Source: Paragordius varius (Eukaryota > Animalia > Nematomorpha). From it: a stretch of DNA of 64,000 bases. The DNA lies in contig OZ176052.1 in assembly GCA_964247055.1 (NCBI GenBank), positions 12,400,001 to 12,464,000 on the forward strand, given 5' to 3'. The notes below the pieces were generated by a model. That model saw only the letters and a program-made list of their open reading frames with translations, searched no databases and was not told where the DNA came from. Positions within the stretch are counted from its first letter, which is position 1. Each line of letters starts with the position of its first letter. The position numbers and the translations under genes are program-made. Of the stretch, positions 51,801-64,000 are shown piece by piece.

Positions 51801-54800
51801 ACACTTTGTTTTTATTAACTTAACATATAATAAGAAGGTATGCCCTTAATCTTGGATTGCATTGCTGAGTTTTTCTTGGATTTTTACTGAAAATATTAAT
51901 CTAAATTTGCATTAGGGGTATATAAGCTTAGTTAAACTCGCTTTTCAAAGGGAAACTTTATTATTTATACATCAATAAAATTTCAATAAATTATTACAAA
52001 TTGTTACTAAACATTTAACTCCTAAAAAAGTTTTTGTTAATAAAGTTTTTGTTAATTAAAGTAAGTCATATAAATGAAAGAGTGTGTTTGAAAAGGTGTT
52101 ATTTTGATAAGTATATGAAAAAAAGGTATATGCAACTCAAAAAATCATTTTTTTTCTCGGTGTTAAGAAAAAATTATTTTTTTGTGTGAAATTTAGACTT
52201 GGCGCTAAACATTTGAATCAAATTAATTGTACCACAGAACCTGATATCATGTCGGAGTCCGCGGCGGGCATACAGCTAACCAATTGGAGCTCGTGCAATA
52301 AAAAGTTAATAAAATCCTTCATTGAGTAATTCCTAATATATCTTAATATTTATCATGTTATAAGGACATAAAAATTAAATAGATTCAAGCTTATATACCC
52401 TTTATTTTATATTGTATTAAACACTCTTGAAAGTATTGGTAATCGCCTGTCCAGATCTGATAATGATCGTGGAAAAATTGATGATATAAGTTTGGATAAA
52501 AGAAACTCTTTCATAATTGGCAAACATATAAAGCGAAACAGAAAACATAACTTTATTGAAATACTAGCATGTCACACGTTTTTATGACATTTTTTACTGA
52601 TAATAAGACCATGCCTGCCACACCCTTTGCTGGATACCTGGATAATATATGATTTCTTATAAAAAAACAAAAACTGTTTATCAATCTAAACACATATTGG
52701 GGGCGTATTTTTTATAGGGTGGGCCCTGCCCAGGGGTTTATCCAAAGAAGCGCTTGACCGAAAATACGAGAAATACCTAACATGGTTGATATTAATTCGT
52801 CGTATGAAGAAAATCAGCTTCAAAACCAGGTTAATATCATATTTGACACAAAGCCCTTAGAAACTATCAAAAAGCATGGACTGAAATTCGCTCCTACTGG
52901 AAATAGCTAGATACTTAATTATATTCATATTTTTGCTGGAAAATATGCTTCAAAACCACATACAGTGTGAACATTTTTAGGGTGTAGAACAGCAACTAAT
53001 TTAAAGAAAAAATGAACTAAAAATTTACTTTTGTACAGTAAAAACGAAAAACCATTATTGATAACATATAGTATCATAGCTAACCCGAAAAGTTGCTGGT
53101 AGCCTATTTAACATAGGGTGGGTACTAACCACGGGTTATCATACAGGCTCGCCTAAAATATTTGCTTTTATATGTGGATTTAAAACAGTTATATCATAGC
53201 TTCGGGGAAATAGGTAAGGAATTCTACAGAAGGTAGATTAATAATCGGCAAATTGAAAAATGGCGCCTAACTTATGCTTATTTGAAACCATGATTAATAG
53301 GCGGTTTTTTAGCGCGGATAAAAATTAACTTCAAAGGTTATTTTCACATACTGGCGACTTTTAAAGAGGTAGATCTCTACAAGCGGCTGAAAAATAATAG
53401 ATTTTGCCGTTGTAGTATGAATATCCGAAACATACATTGATTTGTTAATTCTCTAGGCGAAAATTTGCTTCCCCATTATATTTTAAAGAGTTTTTTTTCG
53501 CAAAAATATCTTTTACTGGGAGTGTATGAGAGGAGGGGAACGGTTAAATATTTTCGGCGCATATATAAGAAGTATTAAAAATATTGAATTTGAAATGGCC
53601 TCACAAGATATCCAGAAAATAATCTCAAAGCCAAAATTGATATTCCAGCCCAATGATCATTATATGAAAGTCGGATAGAAAACTATTGCGATCAGAGTAC
53701 TTTTTAAATTTATAAATGGAACCGAAGAAGTTCTCAAGATTTCAGAGCTGAAACCACTGTGGTTCTTAAATAACCATTTTTTTAAAAAAAAATTAAAAAC
53801 TCGAGAGCATTATTTCAGGTTGTTTTGATTTTAGTTTTTAAAGTCCAATACTTTATTTCTATGAGATCACACAAGTTGCAAACATCATGTTTGGTGGAAA
53901 TCCAGCACGAAAAGGCAATGAAACCAGTTCCTTTACCGGGATTCGATGTTTTTGATCATCAGTGCTCGTTGGCTCTAGGGCGAGCTCATGCATACGTCAA
54001 CACTACAGTAATATTATATAAATTATATATAATGTGAGTTTTAGTGTGTAATGAATGCACCTTAAACAGGGGTATCTAAGATGTGCGGCAGGAAAAAATT
54101 GGAAAAAAACCAAACGAATCCGAAATTCTAAATTGTCTAAAAAAATATGCTAATAGACTTATATTTAATTTTAATAAATCTTTTTAGATTTATGCAACGA
54201 CAGCAATACAATTCTATGTTTGATACCTAAAAAATAACTATTATTAAGGCCCATATATTTTCCGAATTTTTTGAGCTGAAATGCGGCCTGCGAAGCCAAT
54301 TGTGTTGAGGACCACTAGCCAAAATGATTAATATGTCATTTTCGAAGCACTCTAATTGATAATTTGTGTAATTGTCCAAAAAAATAATTGTTTATTTGAT
54401 AGAGAAATAAATGCATTGATTAAACAAAATTTGTTTTATTGATTAGGAATCGAATTGCACGCATTTGGTTTGTAGTTATTTTGAGAATAATACAGATCAC
54501 AATGTTTTACTCTACATATCTCCGATCGAAGGCACACCTTGCATTTCTCATAGGGGGATTGTAGATCTCATAAATTCCCAGAATGGAAAAGTATGGTAAT
54601 TAAAATATTAAAAAATTATAACTTCAACACGAAACCATACTGTTAAAAACGCAGATAAACCAAAATATTTGGATTTAAAGATGATTAAAAGACTAGCTAA
54701 GACCTGGTAAAAATCGCATCTTTATTCACATAAAAATTTAGATTGAATTCTAAATTCTCATAGGATTTTGCCATAAAGCTTTTAACCCTACTAAACCTAA

Positions 54801-55721
54801 GAATAATTTTCAGCATAAAAGAGCTGCTAAAAACAGATCCAAAAGATAGGTAAAATTAACATCGGTATCTAATATGAGAATTAACTACCATAATTATAAT
54901 ATATTTATCAGCACCTATAGACAAATTTTTTGGAGTCAATATTGTGAATACTATTTTATTTTTATTGGACAATTAATTTTGTATACTGGATTTATACAAC
55001 TATTCCTCTAACTATTTTTTTATTAATTTATTTTTTAGGTGTGCTACCGTGGAACTTGTATGAGTAAGTCGGACTTAATTCAAAAATATGATGTTGGCTT
55101 AGGATGGGGTCCGTGGTCTAATTGGTCAGGTTGCGATATCCACTATCAAAATAGACGATTTCGGAAATGCAAATTTTCCAAGTAGTTATCAATCTATTTT
55201 GCTAAATACCCACCCATTTTAGATGATATATCATTAAGTACCTAACATAAATTCTAGATATAAATTATAATATTGGGCTAATTTAAGACATTCCTTGTAG
55301 GAAATATTTTTTTACAGAAGGATTTATGATTTTTTTAGTATTTATTATGTTAATTTGGAACAAAATTTAACTTAAATATCAAAAAATATGCGTAATTTTT
55401 TAATTCAAAAACACATAATACATTTTAGGGTAAATATGAAATCTTTAAGGGTGAATATGAGGTGGAAATGGTATATTGGAAAATTTATTTTTGAAACTCC
55501 GGTTTAATTTTTAAAATTTAAAATGCTCACAGGGTTACAGCTTTTCTGGTCTGGTTTCAACCCATAGCTATTTTGATTAATAAAATTTAAATTTTAAAAA
55601 GTGCTACATTTTAATTTAAAGCAATATTTTTGACACTCCATATAGTTTTCAGTTTTGCCCGGGAAACAGTTATGAACGAGAAAGATGCGAAGCCCATACA
55701 TTATATAAACCAATTGGGTAA
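48832..55721 (+). CDS. Minimal ADAMTS-like metalloprotease, paralog 2 (start tentative; firm exons 50096-50256, 51016-51090, 51122-51225, 51558-51589, 51642-51753, 52197-52325, 53866-54007, 54447-54590, 55039-55181, 55646-55721)
   Basis: Furin site KRIKR; VNRIMSNLDLDVEI..YYP|..TFDVFCEYKR..PDIDLAILILK|..GGVS...IC.P.YS..MVKDDGFETAINIAHEIGHL|LGAKH..DIMS..WSSC|..CL..LPGF..FDHQC|..C..LVC..EGTPC|VCYRGTC..GWGPWSNWSGC..RFRKC|..FCPG..ERERC..*. Intron positions are shared with the minus-strand paralog. Confidence 0.85.
50422..50953. mobile_element. piggyBac-like MITE (532 bp) in an ADAMTS intron
   Basis: TTAA|CACTTCG...CCAAGTG|TTAA; subterminal GGGGTATC repeats. Confidence 0.8.
52564..53570 (-). mobile_element. 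Diverged non-autonomous Helitron (~1007 bp) in an ADAMTS intron
   Basis: Minus strand TCTTATATAT 5' end; 3' hairpin ATGTCA..TGACAT followed by GCTAG|T; shares the GGGTGGGCC...GGGG..T..CAAA block with the 39186 copy in the same orientation. Confidence 0.6.
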
Positions 55722-58700
55722 TAATAAAAATTTATTGGATTAACTGCCGTTTTATAATTGTTTTTTCTTGCTGTTGACACAAATGTTTTTTCGTCTTACA
55801 GATATAATAATAATTATAACAGTAGCATATGGTATAAAATAAAGTTCATAAATTAACACAAAATTAACGTTTAAATATGGGAAAAGATGATTAATATAAA
55901 CACCATGTTAGTTTTTTGTCATACGCTACTACATAGTTCTTTAATTTTTATGATATCCATATATAAATATATTGATTTTATGTAACCACAGGAATTAAAC
56001 CATTGAAAATGCCTTAAACAATGCTTCAATTACCTCTTAATTTAATCGATCTCTCCTAACTTTGAAAGATTATTACCTGATGTTATGAACCTCCTTATTT
56101 ATAACAATATTTTAAATTTGTCTTGACTTATTAATTCCGCCCCGCCATTAAAATGTAAAATCCTTTGTAATAAATAAGGATTAAGTAGTGTATGCGCTAT
56201 AAATATTTTTGAGTAATTAACAGAGATTTTATATTTTAGATCTGCAATCCACATCCATAAATATATACATTTATCGTTTTCACTTCATTAATCTGTTATT
56301 AATGTACAAAAAAAGTATCATTTCGTTGCTTTTTGGATTCATAAATGAGTGTTGTGGATAACTTCCGAAAAAAATCAATAATATTTTTAATTCTTCATCC
56401 TATTTTATTCTGTACACACTACTAATATTAAAAAAAATGTCGCAATTTGTATAATTTGGAGAGATTATTTTATTTAGGATACTGAAAGTATTATTTAATT
56501 ATTATAAACTTGTTTTTAGGTAAATTCCACTTTTTGAGATGACCTTTAACAGTTAGAGGAAAGGATGGCTCCTGTATGATATGTAAAAGCTTCTAAATTT
56601 GTGTAATTTATTTTTTTCATGCAAAAAAAATTATTAATTAAAAACTCATAAATATTTGAAATATATATCATGAATACGAGATATTGTAAAAATGTAAAAA
56701 TATAAAAAAATATATTCCATTTTAATCATAGGAACTTTATATAGTATAAATTCAAAATTATTCAAAATATATGATAAATATTACAGAAATAAAAATGGTG
56801 GCGCTGATGAAACCATGAAATTTCACAATTGTTTTTTTGTTATATAATAAATTTAAATGCAAATGACAAAAACTGATTTGAACGGATTTATAATGTCACC
56901 TAAAATATAAAAACTATATTTTTTGAACATTTTATATTATTTTGTAATTTCATATTTTTGTTTGTTTCAATTGTACTTTCCCGTGTTTTAGATGGTGTGC
57001 CAATCTATACAATGCTAAAATATTGATTTAATAACCTTTAAAACAGTTCTAATTAAACAATTTGTATGGTATGGAATTATGCATTTTATTGCTATATAAA
57101 ATTCCAATATACTATATTCTTTGGTGAATTTAGTTAGTTATCGAAACATATTATCTATAAAATACAATAACTGTAAAAAATTTAGACATGTGAATATATT
57201 TTGCCTTTTAAGTTAAACCAATCCAAAAATATGAGATATTGATTAATTGGTTTTGTGACAATTCAACATATAATTTATTGCATAATGCGCACAAATCCAT
57301 AAAAATGGCCTAACTCTAAAGTAAACTAGCATATTTATTTACAATGGCCTGTTTCTAAAGAACCAAATATATCCTAAAAATATGACTTTTATATGTAAAT
57401 ATGTATCTGCGAATAATATGCTTATATGCCAAAAATTTCAAAGTATAAAAAAAGAACTTAAATGTGAATGACAAAAAAATTTGACATAAGCTATCTTTCT
57501 GAAGTAAAATTTCAAAAAAAATTATTTAGAAAGGATTTGACCAAAGTTTCACTTATTCACCTTATTCAATAGGAATTTGATTTACAAACAATTGATTACT
57601 TTTTTGGGAGTGTTCCAGCAATTTGAATATAAATAACTTACAAATTAATACTGGTCCAATTTTATAATATAGGCATTCTATGGCCTTCAGGATCATTATT
57701 AAAAATATATTTTTTAAAAAATGTGATATTTATGAAATTGTTTCAAATTTTATCCGCCGTCTTTTTGTGATTCGGTTAAATACCCAAATATTGGCAAATT
57801 AGTTAAATAAAATAATTAACATTAAAATACTTTTGATCAATCATATTTTGTCAACAATCTTTTATTTTAAAAATTCATTATCTTTTGATTTTATTGGGCT
57901 AGTTGATGCACAGGGCGCCTGAAATTCTGCCTTTGGGTTTACAATTATGAATGAACTACTGTTTTGTAATATGTATAGTGTTGTTTGTTATCACAGTTTT
58001 CTAACCCTTAGAGTCCAAGCTTCAAAACCGCATTGATGAAAAAATCATTTATATTTGCATTTATTAACCATAATAATCATTCTATTAGAGAAAAAAAAGT
58101 ATACAAAGATGTTTAGATGATACAATTTGCTCCAATTTATATAGATTTAAATTATTTATTCTAATCCTTGCGTCTTGCTAAAGATTGGATACATGATATT
58201 GTAGTGTTATACATATTTTGGGCTCTTAGCTTAAATTTTATTTACTCCCATACAAAATTAAAAGATAATGAAGAGTTAATTAATGATTAATATTTTCGAT
58301 AAAAGAATAATTTCAGTCATTGTTGAGTCACAACTATTACCTAAAATCTAAACATTTTATGATTCTGTATATGGCAATTCATAATATTCGCACAAAATAT
58401 GTACAGTGTGTAATATAAATGTTAGTTTTCCATTTTCTTTCACCTTTGCAATAGAAATCAAATTGAAATAGAGAGACCATTAATGTCCTTGAAAATTATA
58501 AATTCAACGCACAAAACAATAAATGAGGTGGATTACTAAAACAATAAAATAGATTATTTTTATAATAATACGTAACAAAATTAAATTTAAGCATTTTTTT
58601 ACAGTAACGTATGGTAAAAACAAGTGATTCTATATTAAACAATTTATTCCCTAAGTTTAAACATTACTTGTTAATTATTATGGACAAACTTTTTTATACC

Positions 58701-60803
58701 GAATACGCTACTGCATGTGTTAAAATACCGCATTTATAAAATCAAGTTTACCTGAAATTAAATCGATATTTTATATAAAAATGTAACATAGTATAATAAA
58801 AAATTTAAACTAAATTCTTATAAGGTTAAGTCTAAATCAAAACGACCATACACTTATATAATAAAAGAAAAGAAGTGTAAAAATATGAAAACGAATAAAA
58901 TCAATATTGATTGTTAAATATACATATATATACAATGTCCTTTTATTTTACTTTATTTAACACTTTTATTACAACATTATTTTGAAATTATGTAATTTTC
59001 ATGATATATATATATATATATTATATAATGCAAAAATTTATTACATTTTAAACCACAAGCAGGCAGCTTTTAATACATATTTGTTTGAAATGGTAAAAAC
59101 ATTTTCTTCACACTCTTAAATATAAAGAGAGATAATATAAAATCATTCATATCATATGGTTTATTAGATATATGAATAATATTAGAAAATAGGATTATGT
59201 AAGGGAAAAGACCCCCTAATTAGATTATTATTATCCAATAAAAAAATATACCACTTTTCAGTACAAACACTTTTAATAAAATCCTTAACTCTATATAACA
59301 CACATTAATACAAATCAATTAATTAATAAATAACGATAAAAAAATTATAATTTAATAAATATATATATATATATATATAAGATAACTTTTAATTTTCATT
59401 CTTTTGTCAATATTTTTACAGCATTATTACAAAATTATTGTTGTAAAGATAGCAGCATAAAAGTATATATTATATTCGCACTATGTTTACATATTATGTA
59501 TAACTAAATAGTTAGTTTTGTGTTGGTAGATAGATAGCTATACAACATTTAATTTTTTTTATATTATTATAACATACCACCAACCAATACAAATAAAGAT
59601 GTTTGATTATAATTATAATTATTTTTATGAATTGTATTTATGAACTTCTTTAAATGTTTCTTTATCTATTCCACAATCCTAGCAATCAATTGATTAATTT
59701 TTTTTCTTCATAATATTATCGGTTAACTTTACATCAATTATATCCTTTATGTATTATTATGTGATGAATTGTTTTCGATAATTTTAATCAACTCTGAAAC
59801 TCTCAATTTGCGTCTTTAAAACATTGGATATAATTGTAAGTATTTAGCTTTTTTTTATAGTTATTGAATTCTAATAAATAGTTGGTACTTAAATTAAGAA
59901 AAAATCATTTATTTGATTATATAATTTTCAGTATGCGATTAACTTTTTATGTAACATTTCGATACAAAATTGAATTAGAGTATAAATACACTATCTTTTT
60001 CTCCCCTCTCTCGTTTGTTTTATAAAGCAAAGCACATACAAACAGGAAAAAGTATATATATATGCATATCTTTTTTATCTACCTTAAATTTTTGTTGTAC
60101 CAACAAAATAAATGACAGACTTATTATATTTAGTATGATTGCTACTAATATATTATATATTAGCATAACTCAAAAGAAAAATTATATTCTTGAATCAAAA
60201 AATGGTGTTTTATTTGTGAAAATAAAATGGGATTTTACCAATCAATTTATCGTTCGTTCGTTCATTAACTTTCTATGTAATGTTAACAAGTGTGTGTGGT
60301 GTTTATCATACGCTTAAAAGAATATTATATTTGTAACAAGATTAATTATATTAAAAAAAAGTATACACTTTAGAATCTAATATAGTATTTTATAATATCA
60401 AATTGTTTAGTTTTAAAAAAGCTAGCTAATATTTACAAATATGTCACTTTATATACGCGTAAAACTAACTCTATTATATGTTTTTTTTGTTTAAAATACA
60501 ACACTCTTTCCTTTTAATCAATATTATACATATATGTATGTATGTAAGTATATATGCTTATAATGAATTGCTCTTCTCGACATAATAATGTGATAAAAGG
60601 TAATATTATCTCTATTGCATAAATATTGTATTCTTATTATTATTACATTACCACCACCTCTTTGTACTATAATTAATTTTTTTAAAAATCATTTTTTACA
60701 CTTATTTTTTTTAATCTTTTCTACTAATTATCTATCTATTATCATGCATATTGCTAATATTATTGCACGCGATTGAAAAATCCCATATACCCACCCACAA
60801 AAT

Positions 60804-62393
60804 ATGACAGCCCGAGCCAACTTGGAAAAATCTATAATGTCTATTTCTGATCGCAGACTTTGTGCTAAACGACGTGTTAGTTTGCTAAATAAACGGAAAT
60901 ATTTGCCTTATCCCACAACATCCGCAACATTACTAAAAGAAAATGTTGTTAATTTTCCAAATAATCATGTATGGAACGGATCTACAAGCACCACAAATAA
61001 CCTAGCTAATGAGATTGGAATCAAAAATAAATTGCTAAGGCTATCGTTGAAAAAGTTGAGTTTAATCACGGATCCTGAAAATACGCTTCGGCGTTGTGTA
61101 CTAATCTATAATGCCGCACGTGTCCTTAAAAAGGAAATAAATGCTTTCGAAATGGGAGACGATCCATTGCTTTCGAATGATTCGAAGGATGTGACTGAAA
61201 AGACACCAAATATTGATACATCACTCAATCCAACGACGCTAGAACCCGTTAAAGAATATGATGATTTTTTACTAAATATTTCAAATTCACTTATTACATC
61301 ATCACATGATGGCGATCAAATCCTTTCCAGTGCTCAACAATCTGAACCAAACTCACATCGGCTCACTCAAGATCCAAACAAAGGTTTTGAAACTTTATTA
61401 TCAAACAACCACCCTATTAATACTGACCCCACCAATGATAACGTTAAAAAAAGCAGCATTATTCAAGATAATATGGATATACCTAAAAGCAGTCTTAAAG
61501 TGACACCAATTACCACACTTTACAATAGTTATATGAATGATCTCCATTTGTACAATAACTATTATTACGGCAATTCGATATCCATCTCCTCATCTTCGTA
61601 TTTCAATTACAATCATTATGTTAAACACAATACAAACACTAATTCAACAATACCACACAACATCAATTTTAATTATTCTGTTAGCAAAGGAGGGGACGAC
61701 ACTGCTAAGTTAACAAAAGAACAAAGTAATGATAACATTAAAAATATTAATCAAGATAATGAAAAAGGTACTACTTGTTCTCTAAGCAGCACAAATTATA
61801 CAGGTGGTGGCAATGCTACGGTAAAAATAGAAACACTTTCCGAAAAAAGAGTAAAAGAAGTTGATGACAGTTTTAAAAGTTGTACAAGTGATAACAAGCA
61901 ACTTAACTTAGAAAAAGATGATAAACATACTTTATCCAAATCAAATGCAAACGATAGCTTAAAGACAAGTCAACATTTTTTGAACGCATCCACCAAAAAT
62001 ATGAATTTGAACAATTTAAACTATTACTATTATTCATTGCCCTTTTGGTATAATTATGCAGCGTCAAGTTTAAACAACATAAACAGCATATCCAATAATA
62101 TGAATGTACTAAAAGAGGTTGATGCCTCCAATATCCCCGTTTCAAACAAAGCAAAAAAACTTAAATCGCCCCCTCCTCCTGAATCAAATGAATCATCTGG
62201 TGATGAAATTACCATGTTGTTGTTTGAAAAGACTAGTTTTGAAACTTTGTCAAAATATGTGGACAATATGAGCCCTCAAAATATCATAGGTGATGCAAAA
62301 GATTTCAACCATTCTTCCTTTTATTTCGGTAGCAGTCAACCAAATCTATCGCAAAATTCGTTGGAAATGTTAAAACTTTTTGATACTGCATAA
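60804..62393 (+). CDS. SERTA-domain protein (TRIP-Br/CDCA4/Taranis-like), single coding exon, 529 aa
   Basis: A 1590-bp ORF in AT-rich DNA; RLSLKKLSLITDPENTLRRCVLIYNAARVLKKEI matches the SERTA consensus (SL.KL....P.LRRSVLI.N..R.I..E). Confidence 0.88.
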   Translation: MTARANLEKSIMSISDRRLCAKRRVSLLNKRKYLPYPTTSATLLKENVVNFPNNHVWNGSTSTTNNLANEIGIKNKLLRLSLKKLSLITDPENTLRRCVLIYNAARVLKKEINAFEMGDDPLLSNDSKDVTEKTPNIDTSLNPTTLEPVKEYDDFLLNISNSLITSSHDGDQILSSAQQSEPNSHRLTQDPNKGFETLLSNNHPINTDPTNDNVKKSSIIQDNMDIPKSSLKVTPITTLYNSYMNDLHLYNNYYYGNSISISSSSYFNYNHYVKHNTNTNSTIPHNINFNYSVSKGGDDTAKLTKEQSNDNIKNINQDNEKGTTCSLSSTNYTGGGNATVKIETLSEKRVKEVDDSFKSCTSDNKQLNLEKDDKHTLSKSNANDSLKTSQHFLNASTKNMNLNNLNYYYYSLPFWYNYAASSLNNINSISNNMNVLKEVDASNIPVSNKAKKLKSPPPPESNESSGDEITMLLFEKTSFETLSKYVDNMSPQNIIGDAKDFNHSSFYFGSSQPNLSQNSLEMLKLFDTA

Positions 62394-64000
62394 TATAATT
62401 CGACATTTAACTTTTGATGATAATATCGTATCTATGTAACAGATAAAAATTGAAAGACAAGAGTCATCTACACAATTTATTTGTCATAATAAGTAAGCCA
62501 TGATGAATAATACCTATCTACTTTTTATGTATCATCAAGGCGTATGTGCTTTGTGCCTTTTTTAAGCAATATTTTTACTTTTTAAATTATATTACATTCA
62601 CCAAAAAAAAATACTATTACTAACTACTCTATCAAATATATATATTATATTGTTATTATAAATAAATTGTGAATCTGCCTGTACCTGTAAAATATTTATA
62701 CTTTATAAACTAATATTACACGAAATAAAACATAAATCCCATCTTACATACTATAAAAATAATTGTATTGTATCTACCTTTGTCGCTCACGTAGGGCGTA
62801 TATTAAGGAACTAACTCGCCTATTTTTTTGATTTGAGTTACCTGGCTGGCAATAATCTATCAAGTTTAAATGATATAACTCAATTCATCATCTCGTCAAA
62901 TTACAATACAAAGTATCATTAAATAAATGATGTGTAGATTTCTTTATTATGACAAACACACACACACTTGTTTAAAAGGTATAAATATCACTAATCATCA
63001 TTTACACCACAGCATATATTTGAATGTACCTTTTCTTTGTAAATCCCTACTACATATTTATTTATTTATTGCTCTCGATTTCCTTACACAAAAAAAGAAA
63101 ACAAATTATGAAAAGAACATCGCATAGGATTGATACGTAAATAAATACCTGTATACTTTGAGTTTTGTTCAAAATATAATATATGTTAATCCCACATTTC
63201 CTGACAACAAATGCTTTTATAATAAAATCGAGGCAATTTGTTGGTAAAATAACAGTGTGTTTGTTATGTGTTAATAAGTGCAACATTTAGTCTTTAAACT
63301 ACATACATGTTGTGTAAATGTACTATCCAAAACATTTAGCCCCCATATTTATATGTTATTGCTCTTTATGTGATTAATTTTATTATAAAATGCACTACAA
63401 AACTAATTAATAAATTATTATGATAAATAATTATATATTTGGTAATATGCAAAAATTTAAAAAATGGTGGTAGGCGTATCATCTATGCCTTGCCTAACAC
63501 TTGATGACCTTTTAGGGTAGTTGCGTGTAATTTAAATATCCTAAAAAGTATTTAAGGCATTAGTATGAATCTAAAATTATGCTTTCTTTAGCCTTTTTGG
63601 CGCATAATACAAAAAAATGTAAATTCATCTCAAATCTTTTCGCCATTTTTCTTTGAATTATTACAAATCGCTTATACAATAGGCAAATACATGTATATGG
63701 TTAAAAGATGTAAATTATTCTTAAGTAAGTTTTTAGGTTGCATGCAAAATCCATTTTAGATTAAGTTGTTAGCTTCATTCCTGTTTTGAGGCTGACATTT
63801 TAGTTATAAGTCACAAAACTAAATATAAGCTTTTTGATCTGATACAGAATGTTTAATAATTTTAATTAAAGTAATTTTCAAAATTGATCTCTGGATTATA
63901 TAACTACCATCGCGGACAAAAAAGTGAAAAGGTCATGAAGTGTTGATTTTAAAGAATTTTTTCTATATGCTAGTAGATTAAGACTCATATGCATATTGAG

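Noticed and set aside
55750-60800. Long, extremely AT-rich stretch as a hidden gene or ncRNA cluster
   Set aside because: I found no exon chain, Pol III boxes, or snRNA/snoRNA signatures; it is probably regulatory or intronic DNA upstream of the SERTA gene.
62054-62266. Antisense ORFs within the SERTA gene (61903-62154, 62054-62266) and short ORFs at 60015 and 62927-63286
   Set aside because: Shadow frames or low-complexity AT-rich ORFs without motifs.

Overview
A very AT-rich (roughly 25% GC by eye) eukaryotic, almost certainly animal, genomic window. The transporter and protease matches suggest an invertebrate; a nematomorph or other ecdysozoan is only a guess. I reconstructed nine spliced or single-exon genes by hand: the 3' part of a divergent STE20/PAK-like kinase; a kynurenine aminotransferase; two tandem TMEM256 paralogs; an FLVCR-type MFS transporter head-to-head with a senju/SLC35A-type nucleotide-sugar transporter (77 bp between ATGs); two divergently oriented minimal ADAMTS-like proteases; and a single-exon SERTA-domain gene. 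Introns and intergenic DNA are full of fossil and non-autonomous transposons (RTE LINEs, mariner, hAT, piggyBac-like, CMC/Chapaev3-like and Tc1-like MITEs, Helitrons), several of them nested. There is also a ~2.8 kb foldback palindrome. The most striking signal is a class of ultrashort GT-AG introns: eleven introns of 22-42 nt in five genes are needed to restore conserved protein sequence, and they coexist with multi-kb, TE-laden introns in the same genes. All gene models come from manual reading; internal exon coordinates may be off by a few bases, and no database search was possible.
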